A DNA stretch of 40,859 bases, taken from the IMG/VR virus record IMGVR_UViG_2597489870_000008; one strand, given 5' to 3'. Position numbers and translations under genes: made by a program. Below the pieces are notes generated by a model. The model was given only the letters and a program-made list of their open reading frames with translations, had not been told where the DNA came from and did no database searches. This DNA is from a virus (taxonomy: Duplodnaviria; Heunggongvirae; Uroviricota; Caudoviricetes). Positions 17,863 through 27,342 of the stretch are shown one piece after another. Positions within the stretch are counted from its first letter, which is position 1. Each line of letters opens with the position of its first letter.

Positions 17863-19092
17863 TCAACCACCAACGCTACCTTTCCCCACCAGCGCTTTAA
17901 TGGCAGAGGTGTCTTCCAGGATACAGTCAAAACGATGAAAGGCCAGAAAACCGGTCTGATCATATTCCGCGTAACGCTCAACCAGACGTTTAAGAATCAT
18001 GTATCGCACACGACGGATAATGAAGCGATCAAAGTCACCACAGAACATGAATTTTTTACCCGCCCCGATATCATCAATTTCCTGATCAATGACATAAGGT
18101 ACATTCAACACTGAAGCAGGTGCCACACCAACAATATCCGGCAACCATAAAGGGCGTCCCTGACCGTCTTCCATCTCACTGATCAGTTTCAGCGTATTAT
18201 CGTTAAATGCCAGGCGGAATTTCGGTCCGCGACGATATACAGGATCAATGCTGTGTTTCAGAGCCAGAATTTCCTGCCACTTCACCGCATTTGCCGCGGC
18301 AGTCTGTGTTGTGCCGGTCACTGATGCTGCCAGCCCTTTGGGTTGTTTAGGCGTACCAGCACCAGTTCCCTGAATCAGATAACGGGCTTCACCACGACCA
18401 ATACGTTCAGCAATGCGACGGGCAAGATAAGCTTCCATATCGATCGCGCTGTCCTGCAGCAACTCATTAGACACACGAATGATTTTCGATGTCATTTTGA
18501 GCGCCCCAAGACTTCCCATACCGAAATCGGTGTCTTCTTCACCGGCTTCTTCATTTTCGCCCAGCAGAACACCAACTTCGGAAGTACCATCAGCTGTTGC
18601 CCACTCCATGGTGCGACCGTCAGAAGTGGTCAGAATCTGCGCCACACTGGCGATGCCACCGTAGGATTTCATCTTCTCAACAACTTTCGCCAGGAATGTT
18701 TCTGGTACGGTATATCCGCCCTTTTCATCCTGAGCTACACCCTGGGCACGAAGTTCACGCAACGCCTTTCGCTCTTCTGATGTCAGCTCACTGGCACCGT
18801 GACGCATCCACTTATCAAAAACCTGAGCTCGTTTCTCATCCTGTTGCGAATTGTTTTCCGGATCAAGATTCTGACGCTGCTCTTCCTCATTGCTTTCAAT
18901 GTACGCCTGATCCTGACGACGCAGTTCTTCTTCGCGTGCAATTCGTTCATCAAGCGCTTCCAGTTCGGATTTTGCTTTGTTCCACTCAGTGCGCTGCTCT
19001 TCCGTCCATGCGTTATCACCAATTTTTTCATTCAGGGCGCGCATGTCAGTTGCGATAGTATTACGTTTCTGTTTCAGTTCATGCAGTTTCAT
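17863..19092 (-). CDS. Major capsid protein, HK97 fold
   Basis: 409-aa ORF with a coiled-coil delta-like N-terminus (MKLHELKQKRNTIATDMRALNEKI…) followed by a capsid domain; follows the prohead protease. Confidence 0.85.
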   Translation of the reverse strand: MKLHELKQKRNTIATDMRALNEKIGDNAWTEEQRTEWNKAKSELEALDERIAREEELRRQDQAYIESNEEEQRQNLDPENNSQQDEKRAQVFDKWMRHGASELTSEERKALRELRAQGVAQDEKGGYTVPETFLAKVVEKMKSYGGIASVAQILTTSDGRTMEWATADGTSEVGVLLGENEEAGEEDTDFGMGSLGALKMTSKIIRVSNELLQDSAIDMEAYLARRIAERIGRGEARYLIQGTGAGTPKQPKGLAASVTGTTQTAAANAVKWQEILALKHSIDPVYRRGPKFRLAFNDNTLKLISEMEDGQGRPLWLPDIVGVAPASVLNVPYVIDQEIDDIGAGKKFMFCGDFDRFIIRRVRYMILKRLVERYAEYDQTGFLAFHRFDCILEDTSAIKALVGKGSVGG

Positions 19093-19102
19093 GATGTTTC
19101 CT

Positions 19103-19705
19103 TTACGCGTTAAGAAGGGTCAGGACGCGTTCACGCGCCATACGTTGATTAATGGCTTTCTGTAGCGCGCCGCTGTTGCGCGCCTCCTGCCATGCTTTCA
19201 TGGAGCGAACAGCCGAGTCAGCCTCCTGATAGGCAGGATATGTCACAGGACTGACATCCAGCAGACGGGAAAAGCGGGTTATCTCGCGAATAACAACCCC
19301 GTCCTCATCCTGATACCACTCCTCACCGTCACGGGCGACACGGAAAGCGAAAGATGACTGGTTAATATCTCCACGTTGCATCGGGGCCAGCACCAGATCA
19401 CGAATGGTCTGTGTCTCCGGAGCCTGGATGTCATAGCGTAATCCGCGCTCATCAACTGAAAGATTCAGCGTGCCTGCTGCACTACGCCCAAGAATAAAAT
19501 TAGGATCGTGGTTAAACAGTGCGCGTACATCATCACCAAGCACATCGTCAAAAGCGCCGGGCCGGATGATTTCGCGGAATGAACCGAATATCAGCTCAGA
19601 ACGACAGTCAAACACCGATCCATAACCGATAATGTGCGCCGGGTTATCGTCATGCCTCTCAGCACGCACCTCACCGCTGTAACAACGGATTTCACGGTCA
19701 TTCAT
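19103..19705 (-). CDS. Prohead protease (HK97 family)
   Basis: ORF starting MNDREIRCYSGEV… in the portal-protease-capsid order; Met at 19705 chosen over upstream Mets because of spacing to the portal stop. Confidence 0.75.
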   Translation of the reverse strand: MNDREIRCYSGEVRAERHDDNPAHIIGYGSVFDCRSELIFGSFREIIRPGAFDDVLGDDVRALFNHDPNFILGRSAAGTLNLSVDERGLRYDIQAPETQTIRDLVLAPMQRGDINQSSFAFRVARDGEEWYQDEDGVVIREITRFSRLLDVSPVTYPAYQEADSAVRSMKAWQEARNSGALQKAINQRMARERVLTLLNA

Positions 19706-20972
19706 TGGTTTTTCCCTCATCGTTTTTTGGGGGCTTAAAATCTCCTGCCGGGTTAGCAGCATTCACGCTTACCAGCATCTCGTCCAGCCCTTCAACCGGA
19801 TTCATATCCTCGAATGCGCGGGCCTCATTACGGCTCATCCATCCATCGGTAATAGCGAAGTGATAGAATTGCGCGCGCTCCTGCGGAGTTCCGCGTAAAA
19901 GCCCCGTCAGATTGAACCTGACGTAATACCCGGCGGCTAACTCAGCGCGGGTAAACAAGCGACGGTTAAGCTCCTGCTCCCAGTTCGTCACCCACGGCAT
20001 CATCGTGTAGCGGACAAACTGAATCGCCTGCGCAGAAATATTGGAGAAGGTGGCTTTTTCGAGGTCATTAATCATGTGCGCAGGAATATTGAAAATACCG
20101 GCGATCATTGAACGGTTCAGCTTCATCATGTCAATGATCTGAGCGTCAACTGGCGACACAGTCAGTGCCTTGTAATCCAGATCGGCTGGCAGCAGCATGG
20201 TTTTGTTTTCCTGGCGGCGTAACGCCTGCGATGCCTTCTGCCACTGATCTTTAAGCCAGCCCCAGCTTTCCTTATTGAGTCCGCTTTTAACGGATACTAT
20301 CCCCGCCGGACGGGCATTACCGCTGAAGAAGCTTTCTGTGTACTTCTGACCGCTCATCCCCATGCCTATTGTTTCGGCATGTTGCATAATCGGACTCAGC
20401 CCCATCTTCTGATTATTACCCAGCGCACGGATGTGGATCATATCGTCCGGACTGATCGCAAACGCCCCATATTCGTTGTACAAACCGTAGGTATATCGGC
20501 CACCAGTATTCATCAGCGTCGTTTCCCACGGCATACAGCAATCCAGGGATATAACTTCACCGCGACGATTACGTTTCACCCAGGTATACCCATTCCCCCA
20601 GCCAAGGATGTGACGTTGCTTCAGTTCGCGCCATTTGTAGCTGGTTTGCCAGGTATTGGGCTCATCATGAACCAGATAAAACGCCGGATGATCGCGTGCG
20701 GGTTCAACCTTCCCCTTGTGCCTGCGCATAACATGCAACGGCATCTGGGCAAGGCTGGAAGACAGGACATAGATACAGGAATACACCGCAGCCAGTTTCA
20801 TCGCAGTCTCAGGACTGACATAAACGTCTGCCCGGAACAGCCCATCAGTATCAACGGCATCACCGGTTATCGGGGTGGAAGGATTCTCCAGTGATTTACT
20901 TCTGAACAGAGCATCAAGCAGCACGCGTCCCCCTTCTGGCCATAGCCAGTGCGCCCACCAGCAGTAAAGCAC
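19698..20972 (-). CDS. Portal protein (HK97 family); start codon uncertain
   Basis: 424-aa track ORF following the large terminase; the true start may be an internal GTG or Met downstream of 20972. Confidence 0.8.
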   Translation of the reverse strand: MLYCWWAHWLWPEGGRVLLDALFRSKSLENPSTPITGDAVDTDGLFRADVYVSPETAMKLAAVYSCIYVLSSSLAQMPLHVMRRHKGKVEPARDHPAFYLVHDEPNTWQTSYKWRELKQRHILGWGNGYTWVKRNRRGEVISLDCCMPWETTLMNTGGRYTYGLYNEYGAFAISPDDMIHIRALGNNQKMGLSPIMQHAETIGMGMSGQKYTESFFSGNARPAGIVSVKSGLNKESWGWLKDQWQKASQALRRQENKTMLLPADLDYKALTVSPVDAQIIDMMKLNRSMIAGIFNIPAHMINDLEKATFSNISAQAIQFVRYTMMPWVTNWEQELNRRLFTRAELAAGYYVRFNLTGLLRGTPQERAQFYHFAITDGWMSRNEARAFEDMNPVEGLDEMLVSVNAANPAGDFKPPKNDEGKTNE

Positions 20973-21075
20973 CGGACAAAATTAGAGCCGGAGCCATACC
21001 AAACTGCAGGTAAACCCCGCACGTAAGCAGGCCAAAACCAGCCAGCCCGATAACATCAGCAATTAGTGATTTCAT
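20914..21075 (-). CDS. Small predicted 2-TM membrane protein (53 aa) between terminase and portal
   Basis: Hand-found [56 protein letters not shown]; its ATG overlaps the terminase stop. Confidence 0.3.
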   Translation of the reverse strand: MKSLIADVIGLAGFGLLTCGVYLQFGMAPALILSGALLLVGALAMARRGTRAA

Positions 21076-22805
21076 AGAATTAAGAGATCATCGTCCGGAT
21101 CAAGAGATGAGAGGAAATCGTCAGGTTCTTTGAGCATTGCCCGACCGATCGTCATAATCAGTGCAACCGCACCATCGATTTTGTTTTCCGCCTGCTCCTT
21201 GACGGGCTTCACTAAATCATCGTTACCTGGCATGTTTTTGCCGACCACATTGCCGATACACCAGGTCATGATGGGATTGCCGTCATGATGAAAGCGTCCC
21301 GATTCAATCGCTGCTTCCAGCTCTTTCATCGGATCGGACATATTGGCGAAGTTCTGGACGATAGTGACGGGATTCAGATCTTCATCAGCAAGGTCATGTG
21401 ACAGCCCGGTCGCCCCGAAGGGGTCGATGGGTGACTCACTGACCGGGCTGATTTTGTTCGCCGCTTTGGCCTCCTCGAGGATGTAGCGATAATCCACCTC
21501 TGCACCATCGGTAACGGTCAGGACGCCCATTTCCACCCATTTCTGAAAGCGTTCGGCTGTCCGTCTATCTTCATTTTTCTCGACGCTGTACACCGTGTCA
21601 TACGGTACCCAGAAGCGCGGGGCCACACTGTAGTAATGCGTTTTACCGTCAATCTCGCGGGTATAAAGTCGCGCCATGCTGTTCATATCCAGCTTACGCG
21701 CCAGGTCAAAGGCCAGAATGCACGGCTGCCCCTCGAACTGCTCAAGGGTCAGTGATTTATCCTCGCAGCTCTGCCAGCTCACCAGGTTGAAATACGCCGA
21801 ACGTGCCGACACCCAGATATTGAGGTGTTTCGTTTTAAAGACGTTTGCCAGACGGGCGTTATTTTTCGCACGCTGCTGCTGACTTAACAAAAATTCGCGA
21901 TAAACCGACACGCCAATATTTGGATTGGCTTTTTCCAGCACCTGCGGGTCGGTCCAGTCGTCACCTTCATCAACGGTATAGATGATCCCGAACAGTTCAT
22001 CGTTAGGCACCGAGCCGTTGAGCATCTCGATGACTTCCCGCCGCTTGTCGTAGCACGGCCCCTCAATGTTGTACCCGGCGGTGGTGATGGCCCACATCAG
22101 TGGCTGACGTCGCGCCCCCATCCCGGTAAGCATTGTGGTATAAAGCGCATCGGTGGCATGCTCGTGATATTCATCAACCACGGCACAGTGGGGTGATGAA
22201 CCATCACCGGGGTTGCCGATCAGCGGTTCAAACCGCGCGCCATCCTCCGGACGGTTCATGTTTGAGGCGTTAACCTCAATCCCGAACGCTTCCGTCAGCA
22301 TGGGTGTGCGTTTACACATCAGTCGCGCCGGGCGAACGACTTCCCACGCCTGTTTCTCTGTCGTGGCACCGGAATACACTTCCGCGCCAAACTCGTTATC
22401 ACAGGCAAAACAATACAGGGCAACACCGGCAGAGATTGCTGATTTGCCGTTCTTACGGGGGATTTCGGTATACACCTCCCGGAAGCGGCGCAACCGGGTG
22501 CCTTTATTGACCCAGCCAAACGCACAGCAGATCACAAATAGCTGCCACGGCTCCAGCGTGATGGGCATCCGTTTGAATGCCCACTCACCCTTGGTGTGCG
22601 GCAACAGCTGAATAAATTTCGCGGCCCGTTCAGCCAGGTCCTTGTCGAAGCGGTAACGAAACGACTTACTTTTTTCCGCCATCAGGTCATCAAGATGGCG
22701 CTGGCAGGCCTGAATCACAAACTGGCAGGCAACAATCTTTCCGCGCACGACATCCCGGGCATACTGATTGGCAGCATTTACGTTGGGGTAAGATTTCCGG
22801 CTCAT
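21072..22805 (-). CDS. Terminase large subunit
   Basis: 577-aa ORF with an N-terminal ATPase region (…[18 protein letters not shown]…) and C-terminal nuclease region; overlaps the small subunit gene. Confidence 0.9.
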   Translation of the reverse strand: MSRKSYPNVNAANQYARDVVRGKIVACQFVIQACQRHLDDLMAEKSKSFRYRFDKDLAERAAKFIQLLPHTKGEWAFKRMPITLEPWQLFVICCAFGWVNKGTRLRRFREVYTEIPRKNGKSAISAGVALYCFACDNEFGAEVYSGATTEKQAWEVVRPARLMCKRTPMLTEAFGIEVNASNMNRPEDGARFEPLIGNPGDGSSPHCAVVDEYHEHATDALYTTMLTGMGARRQPLMWAITTAGYNIEGPCYDKRREVIEMLNGSVPNDELFGIIYTVDEGDDWTDPQVLEKANPNIGVSVYREFLLSQQQRAKNNARLANVFKTKHLNIWVSARSAYFNLVSWQSCEDKSLTLEQFEGQPCILAFDLARKLDMNSMARLYTREIDGKTHYYSVAPRFWVPYDTVYSVEKNEDRRTAERFQKWVEMGVLTVTDGAEVDYRYILEEAKAANKISPVSESPIDPFGATGLSHDLADEDLNPVTIVQNFANMSDPMKELEAAIESGRFHHDGNPIMTWCIGNVVGKNMPGNDDLVKPVKEQAENKIDGAVALIMTIGRAMLKEPDDFLSSLDPDDDLLIL

Positions 22806-23296
22806 GACTCGATGATTTTCAGAAACGGGTTAGTGGCTTTCTTCTTCCCCGCCAGGCCAATCAGACGCTGGCGGCTGCTGGGGTCGAGTCCGAGCATTGC
22901 CCCCGTGCTGCTCATCTCGGACTCCTGTTCTTTCTTGGCGGTCAGCTCCGGGTTTTTGACCATACCGCCCATTGCACCGGTAATGGTGTTGCCCTGGCTG
23001 GCAATATTTTTCACGGCACGTCGCCAGAACTCATAGGCCACGCACCACCGCTCAAGCACCGCGAGGTCAGTCACGCACAGCAGGCCCTGACCGCAGAGTT
23101 CTTTGGTTGTCAGTTGCCACATGATCGTGGCGAGAGGGAGATCTTCTTCAGCGAACCACTCCGGTGGCTCAACACCTTTGATGGGCGTAAAAACAGGTTC
23201 ATCTTTATTCAGGGCTCGCTTGCCGGGGTTTCCGGCCAGCGCCTTGCGCGCCGTTGGCTTGGGGCGACGCCCGGAACGCCCCGCCGTTCCAGCCAT
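22802..23296 (-). CDS. Terminase small subunit (P27 family)
   Basis: ORF immediately upstream of the large terminase; AGGAG 8 nt before the Met at 23296; basic N-terminus. Confidence 0.75.
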   Translation of the reverse strand: MAGTAGRSGRRPKPTARKALAGNPGKRALNKDEPVFTPIKGVEPPEWFAEEDLPLATIMWQLTTKELCGQGLLCVTDLAVLERWCVAYEFWRRAVKNIASQGNTITGAMGGMVKNPELTAKKEQESEMSSTGAMLGLDPSSRQRLIGLAGKKKATNPFLKIIES

Positions 23297-23305
23297 ATGC
23301 GGCAC

Positions 23306-23421
23306 TCCTGGTTAAATTTCATTTTTCGCGGGTATAAAAAAACGATGGGGCGGGCAGTCCGGAAGACGTCAGGCTGCAGGGATTTGACCCGCCCCTCCCC
23401 TCAGGCAGTTGAGAATTATTA
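23306..23421. other. Candidate cos/packaging site region between the HNH endonuclease and the small terminase
   Basis: Non-coding gap containing an 8-bp GC inverted repeat (GGGGCGGG at 23347-23354, CCCGCCCC at 23388-23395); HK97-like phages place cos here. Confidence 0.3.
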
Positions 23422-23772
23422 TCACTTTAACCGTTCACGGGCCGTCTTCGCCTTATGACACGGCCAGCACAGACTCTGCAGATTACTGTCAGCATCAGTG
23501 CCGCCATGCGCTTTAGGGATGATGTGGTCAACAGTTTTCGCCTCACGCACCACACCAGCACGCAGACATAACTGACACAGGCCTTTGTCACGCTTCAGAA
23601 CACGCGCGCGGATACTGTCCCACTTCGAACCGTAGCCGCGCTGATGACGGGATTGTCCAGGTTTGTATTGCTTCCAGCCTTCGCTTTTGTGGCTTTCGCA
23701 GTAGCCTGAAGGGTCAGTAGTGGTATGGCGGCAGCCGCGAACACGGCAGGCTTTCGGGGTTCGTGGCGGCAT
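23422..23772 (-). CDS. HNH endonuclease (terminase-associated)
   Basis: 116-aa ORF with Cys pairs and a DHIIPKAHGG…N…LCWPCH motif typical of HNH nucleases; located just upstream of the terminase genes. Confidence 0.8.
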   Translation of the reverse strand: MPPRTPKACRVRGCRHTTTDPSGYCESHKSEGWKQYKPGQSRHQRGYGSKWDSIRARVLKRDKGLCQLCLRAGVVREAKTVDHIIPKAHGGTDADSNLQSLCWPCHKAKTARERLK

Positions 23773-23821
23773 TAATGCTTCCCTTTAAGTTATTACGATG
23801 GAACAGACCATAGAAATGGCA

Positions 23822-23843
23822 ATAAAAAACCGCCCGGAGGCGG
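23822..23843 (-). terminator. Intrinsic terminator (CCGCCTCCGGGCGG hairpin plus U-run on the minus strand) downstream of the GrlR-like gene
   Basis: 5-bp GC stem with a 4-nt loop followed by six T on the minus strand, 20 nt after the stop of the 23865..24185 ORF. Confidence 0.5.
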
Positions 23844-23864
23844 TTCAATTATCATCTCGATAAA

Positions 23865-24185
23865 CTAAATCAGATCACCAATGTATTTTGCACTAATTGA
23901 AATTTGCATCTGAGGCATTCCGACCACAGATCCATTTAACAGGTAATCACGTCCTCGTTCCTGCAAAGAAAGACTCAATTCAAAGTTCTTTACCCCAGGG
24001 AAAACCGAGGTGACATTTAAATCATGCTGCGATACGCGCAGAATAAGTTGGCTACCGTCAATTTTTCCCTGATACGTAAAACCAAAATCTCCGCCGTTTA
24101 CTGCATTGTTTTTGACAACTACGGTACCATTACCAAAATCACGTTGATTGCTTCTGAAAACAACAAAATAGATACCATCTTTCAT
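23865..24185 (-). CDS. GrlR-like protein (moron between the lysis and packaging modules)
   Basis: 106-aa AT-rich ORF; its N-terminus MKDGIYFVVFRSN…GTVVVKNN…GGDFGFTYQGKI parallels GrlR (MKDGIYSIIFISN…GILIKNG…GGD…YQG); identity rests on recalled sequence. Confidence 0.5.
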   Translation of the reverse strand: MKDGIYFVVFRSNQRDFGNGTVVVKNNAVNGGDFGFTYQGKIDGSQLILRVSQHDLNVTSVFPGVKNFELSLSLQERGRDYLLNGSVVGMPQMQISISAKYIGDLI

Positions 24186-24277
24186 GTGTAAAGCCCTTTA
24201 AAAGAGTCACCAAAATCAGGTGCTTTGTATCTATTGGGCCATCACATATCAAATCAAGGAACAAAACAAAGTTAACA

Positions 24278-24547
24278 TCATTTTTTTTGCATGATGTGAC
24301 CACGCTCAACTTCAATCCTTCTGATGTCAGCTTTATCGGTATTACACTGCGCCAATGCAGACAACAAGGCGACATTCAGATCTAAGCTCGAGCCCCACGT
24401 AAAATGATCAGGTAAATCAGGCTGAGGGGTTTCAGCCGTCAGGCTGGCTGGTAACGGAACTACCGGAACCTGGACGTAAACTGTTCGCGTACTTCCGCAA
24501 CCGGTCAGCAGCGGCAGCAGGCACAGGACGTGAAGCACAATCATCAT
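24278..24547 (-). CDS. o-spanin (Rz1/LysC-like outer-membrane lipoprotein)
   Basis: Internal start giving MMIVLHVLCLLPLLTGC (lipobox LLTGC) followed by a proline-rich segment; overlaps the i-spanin gene out of frame. Confidence 0.6.
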   Translation of the reverse strand: MMIVLHVLCLLPLLTGCGSTRTVYVQVPVVPLPASLTAETPQPDLPDHFTWGSSLDLNVALLSALAQCNTDKADIRRIEVERGHIMQKK

Positions 24548-24824
24548 CCGCAACAGCCACTTTGATATCTTCCTGGGTTCTCTGTGACTCCAGTGCGATC
24601 TGCTGTTTTGCATGTTGATTCGCCTCCTGAATGATGTTCGTTATTGCCATAGTACGCAGAACATTCGCGGTGATAGCCTCAGTAGAATCAGCTCGCTGTT
24701 CCGCAGCATCAGCACGCTTCTGCTCCTCCAGAAACTTTCCATGATAGTGATTCGCTGACCAGACAAGACCACCAGCGACACAAGCAATAAACGTTAAAAT
24801 GAGCGCCCAATAACTCATCTTCAT
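24432..24824 (-). CDS. i-spanin (Rz/LysB-like)
   Basis: 130-aa ORF with an N-terminal TM helix (MKMSYWALILTFIACVAGGLVW) and a charged periplasmic region; directly downstream of the endolysin. Confidence 0.65.
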   Translation of the reverse strand: MKMSYWALILTFIACVAGGLVWSANHYHGKFLEEQKRADAAEQRADSTEAITANVLRTMAITNIIQEANQHAKQQIALESQRTQEDIKVAVADDDCASRPVPAAAADRLRKYANSLRPGSGSSVTSQPDG

Positions 24825-25435
24825 ACCAGCAGCGCCGCCCGCGCCTTGTTGTATCGGACCTTACGATCCTCAATACCGTTCAAACCGCCGTTAATGATGC
24901 GCGTAACACGGTTAATATCGGCACCGTAGATCATGCAACCTTTAGAGGTGTAGAACCATGCAGCTGAGCGCGCAGCCTGTAGTTCCTGTTCCAGTTGTTC
25001 AGGTGAAGTCACCAGATCTAACTTCAGCGCCGCGCCACAGATGCGATAATTATGGAGGCCAGTGATTTGAATTAATCCTCTACCACGATATTTCCAGCCA
25101 TCACCTGGTGCTTTGTTACCCAGTCGGTTGCTATACACCAGATTGGCAATAGCATCCTGACGAGCTGCATGTCCGGATGTTCTGCCAAGGGCATCAGCCT
25201 GCTGCTGTGTGATCCTCTTTCCGAACGTCGCCACCAGCGCAGATGGTGTGTAGTTAAAATTTTCAACTACGGCGCTAAACCCCATCGACTCATGGCCTAC
25301 CTGAGCGATAAACATTGCCTGATCCGCTGGTGCTGTAATGCCGAATTCCTTCATCGCCGCATCAATGTGCGGAAACCAGCGCGCAGCCAGCCCGGCGCTA
25401 ATACCAGCCGACTTTTGAAATAATTGTTGGTTCAT
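24821..25435 (-). CDS. Endolysin, glycoside hydrolase family 19-like
   Basis: 204-aa ORF with a GH19-type catalytic region (…GDGWKYRGRGLIQITGLHNY…); sits between the holin and spanins. Confidence 0.75.
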   Translation of the reverse strand: MNQQLFQKSAGISAGLAARWFPHIDAAMKEFGITAPADQAMFIAQVGHESMGFSAVVENFNYTPSALVATFGKRITQQQADALGRTSGHAARQDAIANLVYSNRLGNKAPGDGWKYRGRGLIQITGLHNYRICGAALKLDLVTSPEQLEQELQAARSAAWFYTSKGCMIYGADINRVTRIINGGLNGIEDRKVRYNKARAALLV

Positions 25436-25716
25436 TAGTGCCTCAGATGATCAACCAGACGTGCAACGTTGCCTCTGACGGCCACCAGCACGGAAAGAAA
25501 AATAGTGTTCGCCACGATAATGGGCCATGAGGAATGGGGATAAATCCCACAGAGATAGGCCAACGGAACAGCACTGTATGTAACAGTAATCAGCCAGGCT
25601 AAACGTGAAACCCAAGGACGATGCCGCGAATCACCACGACGATAAAACATCAGAGTAATAACAACACAAGCACATAACAGCGCATTTATAGTTGCTGTCG
25701 GGTCATTTAGCTCCAC
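25435..25716 (-). CDS. Small membrane protein of the lysis cassette (holin/antiholin-like)
   Basis: 93-aa ORF with 2-3 hydrophobic helices between the holin and endolysin. Confidence 0.5.
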   Translation of the reverse strand: MELNDPTATINALLCACVVITLMFYRRGDSRHRPWVSRLAWLITVTYSAVPLAYLCGIYPHSSWPIIVANTIFLSVLVAVRGNVARLVDHLRH

Positions 25717-26089
25717 CTGAACCTCCCCGGCGCGTTATGAGCGCCACCAGCGAGCCGATATCCTGATTATTCAGGAACGTCAGGATTTTAACGGCTAAAG
25801 CAGAGACGATTACGGCACCAATAGCATCCAGAGGTTTATCACTGTATCCGGTCAAGTTCGCCAGCTTGGAGCCAACCAACCCAGAGCAAAGAATCCCGGC
25901 AATATATGACACGATAAAATATGCCAGTCGGCGCGATGCACTCAGATCTGCTGCTGTTGCTATGTAGAATACAGCCCCTGCAAATGCGCCAAATACAACG
26001 CCGTAATCAGTTCCGGTCAGCAGTCCATAAACACTGGCACCCGTCAGGGCACCACCAGCCAGCCCAGTACCGGAAATCGGATCGGACAT
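25703..26089 (-). CDS. Holin-like membrane protein
   Basis: 128-aa Gly/Ala-rich ORF with multiple TM segments; GAGGGGG RBS; first gene of the lysis cassette. Confidence 0.6.
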   Translation of the reverse strand: MSDPISGTGLAGGALTGASVYGLLTGTDYGVVFGAFAGAVFYIATAADLSASRRLAYFIVSYIAGILCSGLVGSKLANLTGYSDKPLDAIGAVIVSALAVKILTFLNNQDIGSLVALITRRGGSGGAK

Positions 26090-26168
26090 TTAGCCCCCTC
26101 TTAATTGCTGTTGGTCCTCTCAGATATGAGGGGAAGGGATCTTAATGACAGTCTGTTTATTATTTCAG

Positions 26169-26426
26169 TCAAATACTACCCTGTTGATGATTTCTCAGAA
26201 GCGAACTTGACTCCCAGGGGAAACTCAACTTTCCGTTAAAACCACCAGCAGACATTCGTTCAATTTCCACAGAAATATCACTGAGCCGTTCTTCAAGCTC
26301 TGCTTTTTCTTTTACCAGACGGTTATAGCGGCTTAGATGAAGCTTTTGCTGCTCCAGCCAGTCTTCAAGCTGTTCAACAGTCATACCAGGGTTAAAAAAA
26401 TATGGCTGCTGCTTTTCGCCCTGCAT
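26169..26426 (-). CDS. Hypothetical late protein (85 aa from the Met at 26426)
   Basis: GGAGG 7 nt upstream of the ATG at 26426; first ORF after the putative late terminator; predicted coiled-coil; no family recognised. Confidence 0.45.
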   Translation of the reverse strand: MQGEKQQPYFFNPGMTVEQLEDWLEQQKLHLSRYNRLVKEKAELEERLSDISVEIERMSAGGFNGKLSFPWESSSLLRNHQQGSI

Positions 26427-26440
26427 TATTGACCTCCAGA

Positions 26441-26469
26441 AAAGCAAAAACCCCGCCGAAGCGAGGTTT
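26441..26469 (-). terminator. tR'-like intrinsic terminator in the late leader (likely target of Q antitermination)
   Basis: Minus-strand RNA forms CCUCGC-UUCG-GCGGGG followed by UUUUUGCUUU, just downstream of the Q gene and a candidate promoter. Confidence 0.45.
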
Positions 26470-26516
26470 GTTATGATTTCGTTAACGGCAGACATACAAA
26501 GCCCATCGTTAGGAGA

Positions 26517-26545
26517 ATCCTAACCATATTTTTTGAAAAATGCAA
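26517..26545 (-). promoter_or_regulatory. Candidate late promoter (PR'-like): TTGCAT -35, 17-bp spacer, TAGGAT -10
   Basis: Sigma-70-like hexamers on the minus strand between the Q stop and the tR'-like terminator; would give a short leader RNA of about 50-60 nt. Confidence 0.3.
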
Positions 26546-26576
26546 GCATCATGTCGCCATCTTCGGCGAAAATCAT

Positions 26577-27329
26577 TTATCTTGTCACTTTTCTCAATTG
26601 TGTCTCTGCATATGCTTCTTCCTGCCAGCACTTTGTAACCAGTTTATCAATGACATCTGCATATCCTTTGTACCACTGATAATCCGTCAGGTCCGGTACC
26701 AGCTTCTGGACATGATGCCGCGCCAGTGTGGTTGGTAAACGGCTAAACCGGTTTCCATTGCAACGCCCACAAATCTTATAAACAGGCGCACCATGAAGCC
26801 GGGTTCTTTTTTCATCCAGTACAATACCTTTCCCCTTACACCCTCTACACGCTGTGCTGACTTCTCCCTTACCATGACAATGCTGACATAGTTCCTTCAC
26901 CCACTCTTCCTTGATAACAGATTCCCCGCTTCTGGAGTGTTTCACCACTTCGCGCAATACATTATGAAATCCAGTACCAGCACAATGCTCACAGCGAGCC
27001 TTACTTGCCGCAGACCTGGAATAATCAGCAAAGGCAAAATTCACAAGGTAAGGAATGATCTGTAGCCGGGTTTCTTCACTCAATTTATTCAATGTCGGGT
27101 TATCCAGTGCCATCGCGTAATTGAGCAGACCTTCAATCGCAAACTGAGGATCCTGAACACCAACTTTTGCCAGGAATAAGGCAAACCCAAGCGGTGCTTT
27201 CGACTGCACCATCCCCTGCGCAGCCATCACATCCGTAATTGTTAAACCACCAGAGCCTGTCGCCGGTGCGTCATCGCTCAGTTTTGGAGATTTCGGGGAG
27301 TAATATTTCGGTAAGGCTTCAAGGTTCAT
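26577..27329 (-). CDS. Late-gene antitermination protein Q (QuuQ/phage 82 Q-like)
   Basis: 250-aa ORF with a Cys-rich zinc-binding region (CEHCAGTG…CQHCHGKGE…CRGCKGKG…CGRCNG); located directly upstream of the lysis genes. Confidence 0.65.
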   Translation of the reverse strand: MNLEALPKYYSPKSPKLSDDAPATGSGGLTITDVMAAQGMVQSKAPLGFALFLAKVGVQDPQFAIEGLLNYAMALDNPTLNKLSEETRLQIIPYLVNFAFADYSRSAASKARCEHCAGTGFHNVLREVVKHSRSGESVIKEEWVKELCQHCHGKGEVSTACRGCKGKGIVLDEKRTRLHGAPVYKICGRCNGNRFSRLPTTLARHHVQKLVPDLTDYQWYKGYADVIDKLVTKCWQEEAYAETQLRKVTR

Positions 27330-27342
27330 GCTCGTTCTCCAC

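Noticed and set aside
24139-24375. 78-aa ORF overlapping the GrlR-like gene and the o-spanin 3' end
   Set aside because: It overlaps two better-supported genes, has no RBS and a Cys/Leu-rich translation typical of an AT-rich spurious frame.
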